This document shows, piece by piece, positions 28,185 through 36,777 of a stretch of DNA of 45,343 nt. The notes beneath the pieces were generated by a model. It was not told where the DNA came from. It did not search any database and saw nothing but the letters and a program-made list of their open reading frames with translations. Position 1 is the first letter of the stretch, and the number at the start of each line of letters is the position of its first letter. Both the position numbers and the translations under genes were made by a program. Source of the DNA: Gemmatimonadaceae bacterium (lineage in GTDB: Bacteria > Gemmatimonadota > Gemmatimonadetes > Gemmatimonadales > Gemmatimonadaceae); assembly GCA_035551575.1 (NCBI GenBank), contig DASZNJ010000030.1:1-45343 (forward strand), in the 5' to 3' direction.

Positions 28185-29714
28185 ATGTCTGGCTTCTTCT
28201 CCCGCAAGCCGATCGCCGCCCTGCTCGCCGAGGGCGAGAACCCGAACGGGCTCCGCCGCGCGTTAGGCGCGGGCGACCTGATCATGTTGGCGATCGGCGC
28301 GGTGATCGGCGCCGGCATCTTCGGGGCGATCGGCACTGCGGCGGCCGGCGAGACCAACGCCGCCGGCGAGGTCGTCCGCAGCGGCGCCGGCCCCGCCCTC
28401 ATCCTGTCCTTCGTCCTGCTCGGCCTGGCCTGCATGCTGGCCGGCCTCTGCTACGCCGAGCTGGCGTCGATGATCCCGCAGGCGGGCAGCGCCTACGCAT
28501 ACTCGTACGCGACGCTCGGCGAGCTCGTGGCCTGGATCATCGGCTGGGACCTGATCCTCGAGTACGCGGTCGGCAACGTCGCGGTCGCGATCTCGTGGGG
28601 CGACTACTTCAAGCGGGTGCTGGCGGCGGTCAACATCCACCTCCCGGATTTCCTCACGACGGGCTACCGCACCGCGCTGCTCAGCTCCGATCCCGCCGTG
28701 CACGGGCTGATGGACAGCGCGCCGCACATCGCCGGGATCCCGATCCTGGTCAACGTGCCCGCCTTCGCGATCGTCGCGCTGATCACCTGGCTGCTGTACC
28801 TGGGCGTCAGGGAGAGCACGCGCGCGAACAACATCATGGTCGTGGTGAAGCTCGCGGTGCTGGCGCTGTTCATCGTCGTCGGCGCAACGCGCATCGACAT
28901 GGCGAACTACCACCCGTTCGCGCCCAACGGGTTCACCGGGATCCACCACGGGGCGGCGATCGTCTTCTTCGCGTACATCGGCTTCGACGCGATCTCGACC
29001 GCCGCCGAGGAGACGAAGAACCCGCAGCGGAACCTGCCGATCGGGATCCTCGCCGGCCTCGGGATCTGCACGCTCATCTACGTGATCGTCGGCGCGGTGC
29101 TCACCGGGATGGTGCCGTACACCCAGCTCGGTGTCGCCGACCCGCTGGCGAAGGCCCTCGACCTCGCCGGGCTGACGAAGATCAGCACGATCCTCTCGCT
29201 CGGCGCCGTCTTCTCGATGGCCGCGGTGCTCCTCGTCTTCCAGTACGGGCAGCCGCGGATCTTCTTCGCGATGGCGCGCGACGGGCTGCTCCCGAAGTGG
29301 GCGGCGAAGATCCATCCCAAGCACCGCACCCCGCACATCACGACGCTGCTCACCGGCGCGCTCGTCGCGCTGGCCGCCCTCGTCGGCGACGCCGGCGAGA
29401 CCTACGACCTCACCAACATCGGGACGCTCTTCGCGTTCGTCCTCGTCTGCTTCGGCGTCCTGATCCTGCGCTGGAAGGAGCCGGATCGTCCGCGTCCCTT
29501 CCGCGTTCCGTTCGTGTGGCTCATCGCGCCGCTCGGCATCGGGGCGTGCGGTTTCGTCATGTGGGGGCTGCCGCGTCACGCATGGGAGCGGTTTGCGATC
29601 TGGCTGGTAATCGGGATCGCGCTCTACTTCGCCTACGGTTACCGCAACTCGACGCTGCGCCGCGGGACGGGTCCCGTTCCGGTCGAGCCCCCAGCCCCCA
29701 TCGAGAAGAACTAG
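28185..29714 (+). CDS. APC-superfamily amino acid permease (cationic amino acid transporter/YfnA-like)
   Basis: LGAGDLIMLAIGAVIGAGIF motif. About 13 TM helices, 509 aa. Confidence 0.85.
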   Translation: MSGFFSRKPIAALLAEGENPNGLRRALGAGDLIMLAIGAVIGAGIFGAIGTAAAGETNAAGEVVRSGAGPALILSFVLLGLACMLAGLCYAELASMIPQAGSAYAYSYATLGELVAWIIGWDLILEYAVGNVAVAISWGDYFKRVLAAVNIHLPDFLTTGYRTALLSSDPAVHGLMDSAPHIAGIPILVNVPAFAIVALITWLLYLGVRESTRANNIMVVVKLAVLALFIVVGATRIDMANYHPFAPNGFTGIHHGAAIVFFAYIGFDAISTAAEETKNPQRNLPIGILAGLGICTLIYVIVGAVLTGMVPYTQLGVADPLAKALDLAGLTKISTILSLGAVFSMAAVLLVFQYGQPRIFFAMARDGLLPKWAAKIHPKHRTPHITTLLTGALVALAALVGDAGETYDLTNIGTLFAFVLVCFGVLILRWKEPDRPRPFRVPFVWLIAPLGIGACGFVMWGLPRHAWERFAIWLVIGIALYFAYGYRNSTLRRGTGPVPVEPPAPIEKN

Positions 29715-29718
29715 GCCG

Positions 29719-31002
29719 ATGCTCAACCGCCTGAAGAAGGTCTCGCAGACGCAGTGGATCATCGTCTCGGTGATCGCCGGGATCGCGATCGGGGTGCTCT
29801 GGCCCGACGTCGCCGGCGAGAAGGGTTTCCACGCCACCGATCTCCGCGTCCTGTCGAACATCTTCCTGCGGATGATCAAATCGCTCGTGGTGCCGCTGAT
29901 CTTCAGCACCCTGGTGATCGGGATCGCCGGCCACGGCGACGACATGAAGCAGGTCGGGCGGCTCGCCTTCCGGTCGATCATCTACTTCGAGATCGCGACG
30001 TCGCTGGCACTGCTCATCGGGCTCGCGGCGGTGAACATCGCCAAGCCGGGCGTGGGCGTCGACCTGTCGCGCGGCGACGAGTCGGCGATCGCCGCGATCC
30101 CGAAGGCGCAGCCCACCCTCGCCGGGGTGCTCGAACACACCGTGCCGCAGAGCTTCGCCGAGGCGTGGGCGAACAACGAGGTGCTGCAGGTCGTGTTCTT
30201 CTCGATCATCTTCGCCGTGTCGCTGGCACGGGTGAAGGGGAAGGCGAAGGCGACGATGCTCGCGTTCTGTGAATCGTTGTCGGAGGTGATGTTCAAGTTC
30301 GTCGCGGTGGTGATGGCCTTCGCTCCCTTCGGCATCGGGGCCGCGATCGCGGTGACGGTCGGGAAGAGCGGGCTCGGCGTGCTCGTGAACCTCGCGAAGA
30401 TGGTCGGCACGCTCTATGTCGCGCTGATCGTCTTCGCGCTGTTCGTGCTGCTCCCCATCGCGCTGATCATGAAGGTCCCGCTGCGGCGCTTCCTCAAGGC
30501 GATCAAGGAGCCGTGGCTGATCGCGTTCACCACGGCGTCGTCGGAAGCGGCGCTGCCTCGGGCGATGCAGTCGATGGAGGCGATCGGGGTGCCGCGGCGC
30601 ATCGTCGCCTTCGTGATGCCGACCGGCTACTCGTTCAACCTCGACGGCAGCACGCTTTACCTCGCGGTCGCGTCGGTGTTCGCCGCGCAGGCGGCCGGGA
30701 TCCACATGCCGATGCGCGACCAGCTCATCATGATGGGGACGCTGATGCTGACGAGCAAAGGGGTCGCGGCCGTGCCGCGCGCGTCGCTCGTCATCCTCGC
30801 CGGCGCCCTGACGCAGTTCAAGCTCCCCCTCGAGGCGATCGCGGTGATCCTCGGAGTCGACGCGATCATGGACATGGCGCGGACCTCCCTCAACGTCGTC
30901 GGCAACTGCCTGGCGACGGTGGTGATGGCGAGGTGGGAAGGGGTGCTCGGCACCGAGGTCGAGCACTCCATCGAGCGGCGAGGCGAGCTCGAAGGGGTGT
31001 AG
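29719..31002 (+). CDS. Dicarboxylate/amino acid:cation symporter (DAACS family, GltP/DctA-like)
   Basis: Family-typical motifs AFTTASSEAALP, PTGYSFNLDGSTLY and DMARTSLNVVGN. Confidence 0.9.
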   Translation: MLNRLKKVSQTQWIIVSVIAGIAIGVLWPDVAGEKGFHATDLRVLSNIFLRMIKSLVVPLIFSTLVIGIAGHGDDMKQVGRLAFRSIIYFEIATSLALLIGLAAVNIAKPGVGVDLSRGDESAIAAIPKAQPTLAGVLEHTVPQSFAEAWANNEVLQVVFFSIIFAVSLARVKGKAKATMLAFCESLSEVMFKFVAVVMAFAPFGIGAAIAVTVGKSGLGVLVNLAKMVGTLYVALIVFALFVLLPIALIMKVPLRRFLKAIKEPWLIAFTTASSEAALPRAMQSMEAIGVPRRIVAFVMPTGYSFNLDGSTLYLAVASVFAAQAAGIHMPMRDQLIMMGTLMLTSKGVAAVPRASLVILAGALTQFKLPLEAIAVILGVDAIMDMARTSLNVVGNCLATVVMARWEGVLGTEVEHSIERRGELEGV

Positions 31003-31119
31003 CTACGAACCCGCACCCTTGCGGGGGGTATCAGGAGGGCTTCAAACGACAGGGCGCCGGCAAGGCGGCTGGTGCCTCTGCGAATCAGTCAGAACGGACG
31101 GGAGCAGCAAGAAACGGAC

Positions 31120-31371
31120 ATGATCAACCCGATCGGCGGTTACACCGTCGATCTCGACCGGCTCGAGCGTGGCGTACAGCTCGTCGCCGAGCGCGCCGGT
31201 TTGCGGCGTTTCCGGGTGACGGGGGGTACGTCAGAGCACTCCCGGGTCATCGCGGCGATCGGCCCGATGGTCGCCCGGCTGCGGCGACACCACGCGCGTC
31301 AGGCGCGAGGCGGGGGCTTAAACGTCCGCCGGGAGCACAGTCCCCTGGACAGTGCTCCCGGCGATACTTGA
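31120..31371 (+). CDS. Possible small hypothetical ORF (83 aa); weak call
   Basis: The first ~55 codons have high third-position GC in this frame. No family, a weak RBS, and the 3' end overlaps a strong hairpin (31331-31359). It may be a gene remnant or not coding. Confidence 0.25.
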   Translation: MINPIGGYTVDLDRLERGVQLVAERAGLRRFRVTGGTSEHSRVIAAIGPMVARLRRHHARQARGGGLNVRREHSPLDSAPGDT

Positions 31372-31550
31372 CCGAGCGGCGCGAAGACGCCGGCCTGCGC
31401 TGCAGAGAGCCTTAGCGGCTCCCGGCGATCCGCGCCGTACGTGGGTCAGTAGACAATGGATCACCTCCTCGCTTTGCGGTGGAACTGTCGGGGCGAACGG
31501 CGAAGTATACACGGGGCATTCCCCCCGGTTCCAGTGTTGCCGCAAAAAAA

Positions 31551-32039
31551 TCAGCGGAGTGGTCGCGCTCGCTGTGCCTCGCTGTCCGCCGCCGGAGGCG
31601 GTGAGCGAAGGGGTGCTCTTCCTCCACACGGCACGCGCCAGGCACGCACCCTCGCGACAGGGGGCGTGACGTTCCCGCGTGCGACGAGCGCGGTGGCGCG
31701 CCCCTCGACGGTATCTCCCGGTGCCGGCGCGCGCGTCGACAGCTCGACCCAGACGCCCACCGGCCACCAGGCGGGGAACAGGAACAGCGAGCTGTCGTCA
31801 GGCAGCGCCTGATCGCTGGCCCAGTCGCGGCCGTCGGGTGCGCGCTGCGCCGAGCCGGCGCGGATCGGCGCGTGGCCCGCCTTCGCCCAATCGAGCTTCG
31901 GAGTGAAGGGGCCGAACGCGAATCCCAGGCAGACCGGCTCGGACGTGCCGCTGCCGGCGGCCTGCGCGCGCGCGACGGTGTGCGGCACGACGAGCGGCCC
32001 GAACACCGCGGCAAGGATGGGAAGAAGGCCCGGTCGCAT
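31551..32039 (-). CDS. Hypothetical secreted protein
   Basis: Signal-like MRPGLLPILAAVFGPLVVPHTVARAQA, followed by a plausible globular segment (CLGFAFGPFTPKLDWAKAGH...LFLFPAWWPVGVWVEL). The C-terminal third is low complexity. The stop is followed by T7 on the coding strand. Confidence 0.4.
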   Translation of the reverse strand: MRPGLLPILAAVFGPLVVPHTVARAQAAGSGTSEPVCLGFAFGPFTPKLDWAKAGHAPIRAGSAQRAPDGRDWASDQALPDDSSLFLFPAWWPVGVWVELSTRAPAPGDTVEGRATALVARGNVTPPVARVRAWRVPCGGRAPLRSPPPAADSEAQRARPLR

Positions 32040-32593
32040 CGGGAATCGGTACACCCCGGTTCCGAGCGAGTGCCGAGATGGAGTCACGGCTGTGCGACGG
32101 GTGGACGATGATCGTCCGCCCCCCCCCGGGCGAGCGCGCCGATTCGGGGCGGGAAGCGCCTGTTCCACTGGAATTCGGCGCCGCGGTCATGAGAGATCTG
32201 GCACTCCTTGCGAGTGACCGGCTCTCGTGCACCCGCGCCAACAGCAGTTGAACCACAGAGCATCGCCGCGCCATTCAACCGGTCGCGGTCCCGCGCAAGC
32301 GCGTACGACGTTAGGGGCACTCCGGGCGAGATCATTCCCCCAGGCGCGCCCCCCCCGGGCCCTCTGGCCCTGCCGTCCCGAGCCTGTCCCCCGGCGGTAG
32401 TTCCCTCTGGTTCAATAGCGTTTGAAGGAAAGGCCATTGAGGATCGACATTTCGCCCTCTCCGGTGGTGCCAGATCCTTTATACTCGCCTTCGGCGCAAT
32501 GCGGCGTTATTTCCGGACCTGCCGAGCCGGCCTGGCCAGGCCGCGCAACCCTTTTCGGGGATCCCCTGTCCCAAGCGTCGACGAGTTGCGCCG

Positions 32594-33157
32594 GTGACCT
32601 CACCTCTCGACGGAGACCGTTTGGAAGACGCGCTGATCGCCCGCGCCCGCGCGGGTGACCCGACCGCCGAGCGCGAGCTGTACGACGCGCATGTCGACCG
32701 GATCTATCGACTCGCCTTCCGCTTCGCCGGCAGCGACGACCTGGCGCGCGACTTCACCCAGGACGCGTTCATCCGCGCCTTCAGCCGGCTGAACGACTTC
32801 CGCGGGGAGTCGAAGTTCTCGACCTGGCTGCACACGATCGCGGTGTCGGTGATCCTCAACGGGATGCGCAAGGTGAAGACGATGCGGCAGCGCGAGGCAC
32901 CCCTTGACGACGCGATGACGTTAGGCACGACCCGCCGCGAGGCGGAGCCGGACCTCAGGCAGCGGCTGGCGGCGGCGATCGCCGCGCTGCCGGAGGGATA
33001 CCGGACGGTGTTCCTGCTGCACGATGCGGAAGGGTACACGCACGAGGAGATCGGCGAGGTGCTCGGGGTCCAGCCGGGCACGTCGAAGGCGCAGCTGTCG
33101 CGGGCACGGGCAAGGCTGCGCGACGCACTGCAGGCCTTCGCTGGAGAGTGGGCATGA
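32594..33157 (+). CDS. ECF (group 4) sigma-70-family sigma factor
   Basis: Region 2 (DRIYRLAFRFAGSDDLARDFTQDAFIRAF...FSTWLHTIAV) and region 4 (LPEGYRTVFLLHDAEGYTHEEIGEVLGVQPGTSKAQLSRAR). GTG start. Confidence 0.9.
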   Translation: MTSPLDGDRLEDALIARARAGDPTAERELYDAHVDRIYRLAFRFAGSDDLARDFTQDAFIRAFSRLNDFRGESKFSTWLHTIAVSVILNGMRKVKTMRQREAPLDDAMTLGTTRREAEPDLRQRLAAAIAALPEGYRTVFLLHDAEGYTHEEIGEVLGVQPGTSKAQLSRARARLRDALQAFAGEWA

Positions 33158-34011
33158 TGAACGACGACCGATTCGACGAGCTGCTGCAGGAGGCCGCGCG
33201 CGAGCACAACAGCGCGCCCGAGACTCCGCGCTCCGAGATGTGGGCCGCGATCGCCGCGGCACGGGGGACCGCGCGCGCCGGGGGCGCGGCGCCAGCGGCG
33301 ACGACGGCACCGGCACCGGTGCGGGTGATTCCGCTCTACACGCGGCACCGTCGCGCGTTAGGCTGGGCGGCCGGGCTCGCCGCGACGCTGCTCGTGGGAA
33401 TCCTCATCGGGAGGGCGACGACGGCACCGGCGCCCCAGTCCCGGGTGGCGGCCACTGCCAAGCCGCCGGCCGCGAGCAACGCCGCGGACGACCCGGGGAA
33501 AATGGGCCCCGGCCCGGTGATCCCGATGCCGACGGGCCCGAGCAACACGGCAGAGGGGTCGGCGATCGAGGTGGCGCAGGTGCCTCACGAAGGGCGTCGC
33601 GAGCCGCCGATCGCCAGCGAGAGCCGTTCGGGAGTCCGGAGCGGGACGCTCGCCCGGCGCGAAGCCGCTCGCGCGGATGCGGCGCCCTACCGCGTCGCCG
33701 CGATGCAGCACCTCGTGACCACCGAGGCGCTCCTCGTCTCGCTGCGGAGCGACGTGCGAGCGGGAAGGAAGGACACGACGATCGCGACGTGGGCCGGCCA
33801 GCTGCTCGGTACCACGCGCATGCTGATGGATTCACCCGCGGGCCGCGACCCGCAATTGAAGCAGTTGCTGGAGGACCTCGAGCTCGTACTCGCCCAGATC
33901 TCGCGCCTTCCGGGCGCGCAGGGTGAGGCAGCCGACCTCGGGCTCATCGACGATGCCGTCCGGCATCGCCAGATCATGACGAGACTTCGGGCGCTTTCGC
34001 CTGACACCTGA
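33154..34011 (+). CDS. Putative single-pass anti-sigma factor (no zinc-binding HxxxCxxC motif)
   Basis: The ATG overlaps the sigma stop (ATGA). Short cytoplasmic N-terminal domain, one TM helix (LGWAAGLAATLLVGILIG), and an extracytoplasmic C-terminal region of about 190 aa with a helical end. Assignment rests on position and architecture. Confidence 0.6.
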   Translation: MMNDDRFDELLQEAAREHNSAPETPRSEMWAAIAAARGTARAGGAAPAATTAPAPVRVIPLYTRHRRALGWAAGLAATLLVGILIGRATTAPAPQSRVAATAKPPAASNAADDPGKMGPGPVIPMPTGPSNTAEGSAIEVAQVPHEGRREPPIASESRSGVRSGTLARREAARADAAPYRVAAMQHLVTTEALLVSLRSDVRAGRKDTTIATWAGQLLGTTRMLMDSPAGRDPQLKQLLEDLELVLAQISRLPGAQGEAADLGLIDDAVRHRQIMTRLRALSPDT

Positions 34012-34024
34012 GAGGGAGAAGAGC

Positions 34025-35506
34025 ATGCGTATCATCACGACCATCGCCATCGCGCTCACCGCGGTGGCGGCGCACGGAGGGACCGCCGATCGTGGCGGGG
34101 TTCCCGCGCCGCGCGCGGCGTACGAGAGCGGGGCAGGCGACAGTGGGGCGCGCGCCTGGGAGCGCGTGTACCGCGAGGATCCCGCCGATTCCCTCTACCG
34201 CGCGGCGCGCGAAGCGCTCAACCGCGGCGAATACAAGCGGGCGGCCGCGATGTTCCGCGACGTGGAGCGCAGGTATCCACAGTCGCAGTACCTCGCCGAC
34301 GCGATGTATTACCAGGCGTTCGCGCTGTCGCGCACGGGGAACGAGCGCGACCTGCGCACCGCGCTCGATGTCCTGAAGGAGCAGCAGCGTCGATTCCCCG
34401 ATGCGCCGAGCGGGACCGATGCCGGGACACTCGCCGTGAGGATCCAGGGGGTGCTCGCGCACCGCGGAGATCCGGAAGCCATGCGGCAGCTCCTGAACGC
34501 GGCGGGTGCAGAAGGCGGATCGGGCGCTGGCGGCGGCGCGGGGAGCGGCGGCGGATCCGCGGCCGGTGGCACCGGCACTGGCGCCGGACGAGGAGGACGC
34601 TCCGGCTCGAGCGCCTGCCCGAGCGAGGATGATGACGACGACATCCGCATGGCCGCGCTCAACGCGTTGCTGCAGATGGACTCGGAGCGGGCGATCCCGA
34701 TCCTCAAGCAGGTGCTCGCCAGGCGCGACGAGTGCTCGGTCGCCCTGCGCCGCAAGGCGGTGTTCCTGGTCGCGCAGAAGCAGAGCGACGAGAGCGCGAC
34801 GATCCTCCTGGATGCCGCGCGCAACGATCCCGACGTCGAGGTCCGCCGCCAGGCGGTGTTCTGGCTCTCCGAGGTCCATTCCGATCGCGCGTTGAGCGCG
34901 CTCGACTCGATCCTCAACAGTTCGAAGGACGAAGAGGTGCAGGAGAAGGCGCTGTTCGCGCTGTCGAACACCAACACCGCTCGGGGCACGGAGATCCTGC
35001 GTGCCTATGCACAGTCGAACGCTCCCGAGGAGCTGCGCGCCAAGGCGGTGTTCTGGCTCGGCCAGTCCTCGCGGCGGAGCTCGGACAACACGGCGTTCCT
35101 CCAGTCGCTGTTCGACAAGACCAGCAGCGAGGAGATCCAGAACGCGGTCATCCAGGCAATGTCGCAGGCCCCCGGGGAGGAAGGCGCGCGCTGGATGCTC
35201 GGCGTCGTGCAGAACACGAAGCAGCCGGTGGAAACCCGAAAGAAGGCGCTCTTCTGGGCGGGGCAGCGGCGCGGCATCGACATCAACACTCTGCTCGCGC
35301 TCTACCCGAAGCTCGACGACCAGGAGCTGAAGGAGCACTTCATCTTCGTGCTCTCCGAGCGCCGTGAGGCAGCGGCCACCGACAAGCTGATCGAGATCGC
35401 GAAGAGCGACAAGGACGTCGAGATGCGGAAGAAGGCGCTCTTCTGGCTGGCCCAGAAGAACGATCCGCGGGCGAAGCAGCTTCTCATGGAGATCATCAAC
35501 CAATGA
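34025..35506 (+). CDS. Secreted TPR(BamD/YbgF-like)-plus-HEAT-repeat protein
   Basis: Signal peptide, then an N-terminal TPR-like segment (YRAAREALNRGEYKRAAAMFRDVERRYPQSQYLADAMYYQAF) and a Gly/Ser linker. About nine ~31-aa repeats follow with the recurring motif [RK]xKA[VL]FWL[GA]Q ... D/E ... V/L. Confidence 0.75.
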   Translation: MRIITTIAIALTAVAAHGGTADRGGVPAPRAAYESGAGDSGARAWERVYREDPADSLYRAAREALNRGEYKRAAAMFRDVERRYPQSQYLADAMYYQAFALSRTGNERDLRTALDVLKEQQRRFPDAPSGTDAGTLAVRIQGVLAHRGDPEAMRQLLNAAGAEGGSGAGGGAGSGGGSAAGGTGTGAGRGGRSGSSACPSEDDDDDIRMAALNALLQMDSERAIPILKQVLARRDECSVALRRKAVFLVAQKQSDESATILLDAARNDPDVEVRRQAVFWLSEVHSDRALSALDSILNSSKDEEVQEKALFALSNTNTARGTEILRAYAQSNAPEELRAKAVFWLGQSSRRSSDNTAFLQSLFDKTSSEEIQNAVIQAMSQAPGEEGARWMLGVVQNTKQPVETRKKALFWAGQRRGIDINTLLALYPKLDDQELKEHFIFVLSERREAAATDKLIEIAKSDKDVEMRKKALFWLAQKNDPRAKQLLMEIINQ

Positions 35507-36777
35507 GGCGATTCATTCATGTCGCGGCCGCGCTCGCGTTAGGTGCGGCGACGGCCGGCGCCCAGTCGCTCGCGCAGCGCATCGCGGCAGCGGGGCAGGG
35601 CGAGATCCGAATGACGTACGCGACGAGGCCTGACGTTTGTGGAGACGGCGGCAGCACGATCGGCCTCGCCGACGCCTTCATGATGTCGTCGTCGATGGAG
35701 TCGTACGGCCGGTGGACGAGCACTCACTGCCGCCCGGGCACGGCGCGCGTGGCGATCGAGGTCGGACCGGCCGGCGTCGAGTCGATCCAGCCGTACGTCG
35801 GAGGGAGCTGGCAGGCGACGGACGGGCACGTGGTCGACCTTGGCGTCGTCTCCGCCCCCGAAGCGGCCAGCTATCTCCTCGGCATCGCCGAGAGGCTGGA
35901 TGGCCGCGCCGCCCCGAACGCGTTGCTCGCGGCGGCGATCGCCGACAGCGCCGACATCAGCGCGCGACTGCTGGCGATCGGTCAGCGGACCTCGAACGCG
36001 TCGGAGACCCGCCGTCGCGCGGTGCACTGGCTCGGCGTCCTCGGCGACGCATCGATGGTGAAGCCGCTGACGGAGCTGGCGAGGACGAGCGGCGATGAGA
36101 AAAAGAGCGTGGGCGAGGCGGCGCTGTTCGCGCTCTCCCGGCTGCCTGACGGCGCGGGGCTGCCGTCGCTGATCGAGCTCGCACGCAGCGCGCCATCGAC
36201 GCGGCTGCGCGCGCGGGCGGTGTTCTGGCTCGGCCAGTCGGATGACCGGCGCGCGCGGGAGGAGGTGCGCGAGATCGCCGCGGACGCGAACGCGCCGAGC
36301 GACGTGCGCGAGCGGGCGGTGTTCGCGCTTGGCCACTCCGACGCTGCGACCACCGACGACTTCCGCTTCCTCCGCGACCTGTTCGGCCGTGCCGACAGCC
36401 GGAAGATGCGGGACCAGATCCTGATGGCGATGTCGCAGAGCGATGACAAGGAAGCCCGACAGTGGCTGCTGTCGGTTGCGCGCGACGAGAACGCCCCAGT
36501 CGAGTCGCGAAAGAAGGCGGTCTTCTGGGCGGGACAGGGCGGCGTCCCGACCGCTGACATCGCCAGCGTCTACGACGCGGTGTCGAATCGCGCCGTGAAG
36601 GAGCACACGATCTTCGTGCTCTCGCAGCGCGACGACAGGGCAGCGACGGAGAAGCTGATGGCGATCGTCAATGGCAACGGCGACCGGGAGCTCCGGAAGA
36701 AGGCGCTCTTCTGGCTCGGCCAGAAGGACGATCCGGCGGTGACGAAGGCGATCTCGGACCTGGTGATGAAGCCATGA
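35503..36777 (+). CDS. Secreted HEAT-repeat protein, paralogue 2
   Basis: The ATG overlaps the upstream stop (ATGA). Signal peptide, an N-terminal Cys-pair domain of about 130 aa, then 8 repeats collinear with the C-terminal half of 34025-35506 (LRARAVFWLGQS, SRKKAVFWAGQGG, VKEHTIFVLSQRDD, LRKKALFWLGQKDDP). Confidence 0.75.
   Translation: MRRFIHVAAALALGAATAGAQSLAQRIAAAGQGEIRMTYATRPDVCGDGGSTIGLADAFMMSSSMESYGRWTSTHCRPGTARVAIEVGPAGVESIQPYVGGSWQATDGHVVDLGVVSAPEAASYLLGIAERLDGRAAPNALLAAAIADSADISARLLAIGQRTSNASETRRRAVHWLGVLGDASMVKPLTELARTSGDEKKSVGEAALFALSRLPDGAGLPSLIELARSAPSTRLRARAVFWLGQSDDRRAREEVREIAADANAPSDVRERAVFALGHSDAATTDDFRFLRDLFGRADSRKMRDQILMAMSQSDDKEARQWLLSVARDENAPVESRKKAVFWAGQGGVPTADIASVYDAVSNRAVKEHTIFVLSQRDDRAATEKLMAIVNGNGDRELRKKALFWLGQKDDPAVTKAISDLVMKP

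Noticed and set aside
31458-31469. A 12-nt identity to the 16S rRNA 3' end as evidence of an rRNA gene or fragment
   Set aside because: No other conserved 16S sequence flanks it, and no rRNA operon features (tRNA-Ile/Ala spacer, 23S) are nearby. It is treated as an isolated motif only.
32084-32437. ORFs across the sigma-factor upstream region (32084-32437 on the minus strand, 32208-32597 on the + strand, 31798-32274 on the minus strand)
   Set aside because: They are Gly/Arg/Pro/Ala-rich with no RBS or motifs, and they cross homopolymer tracts. The interval is more plausibly a long regulatory region.
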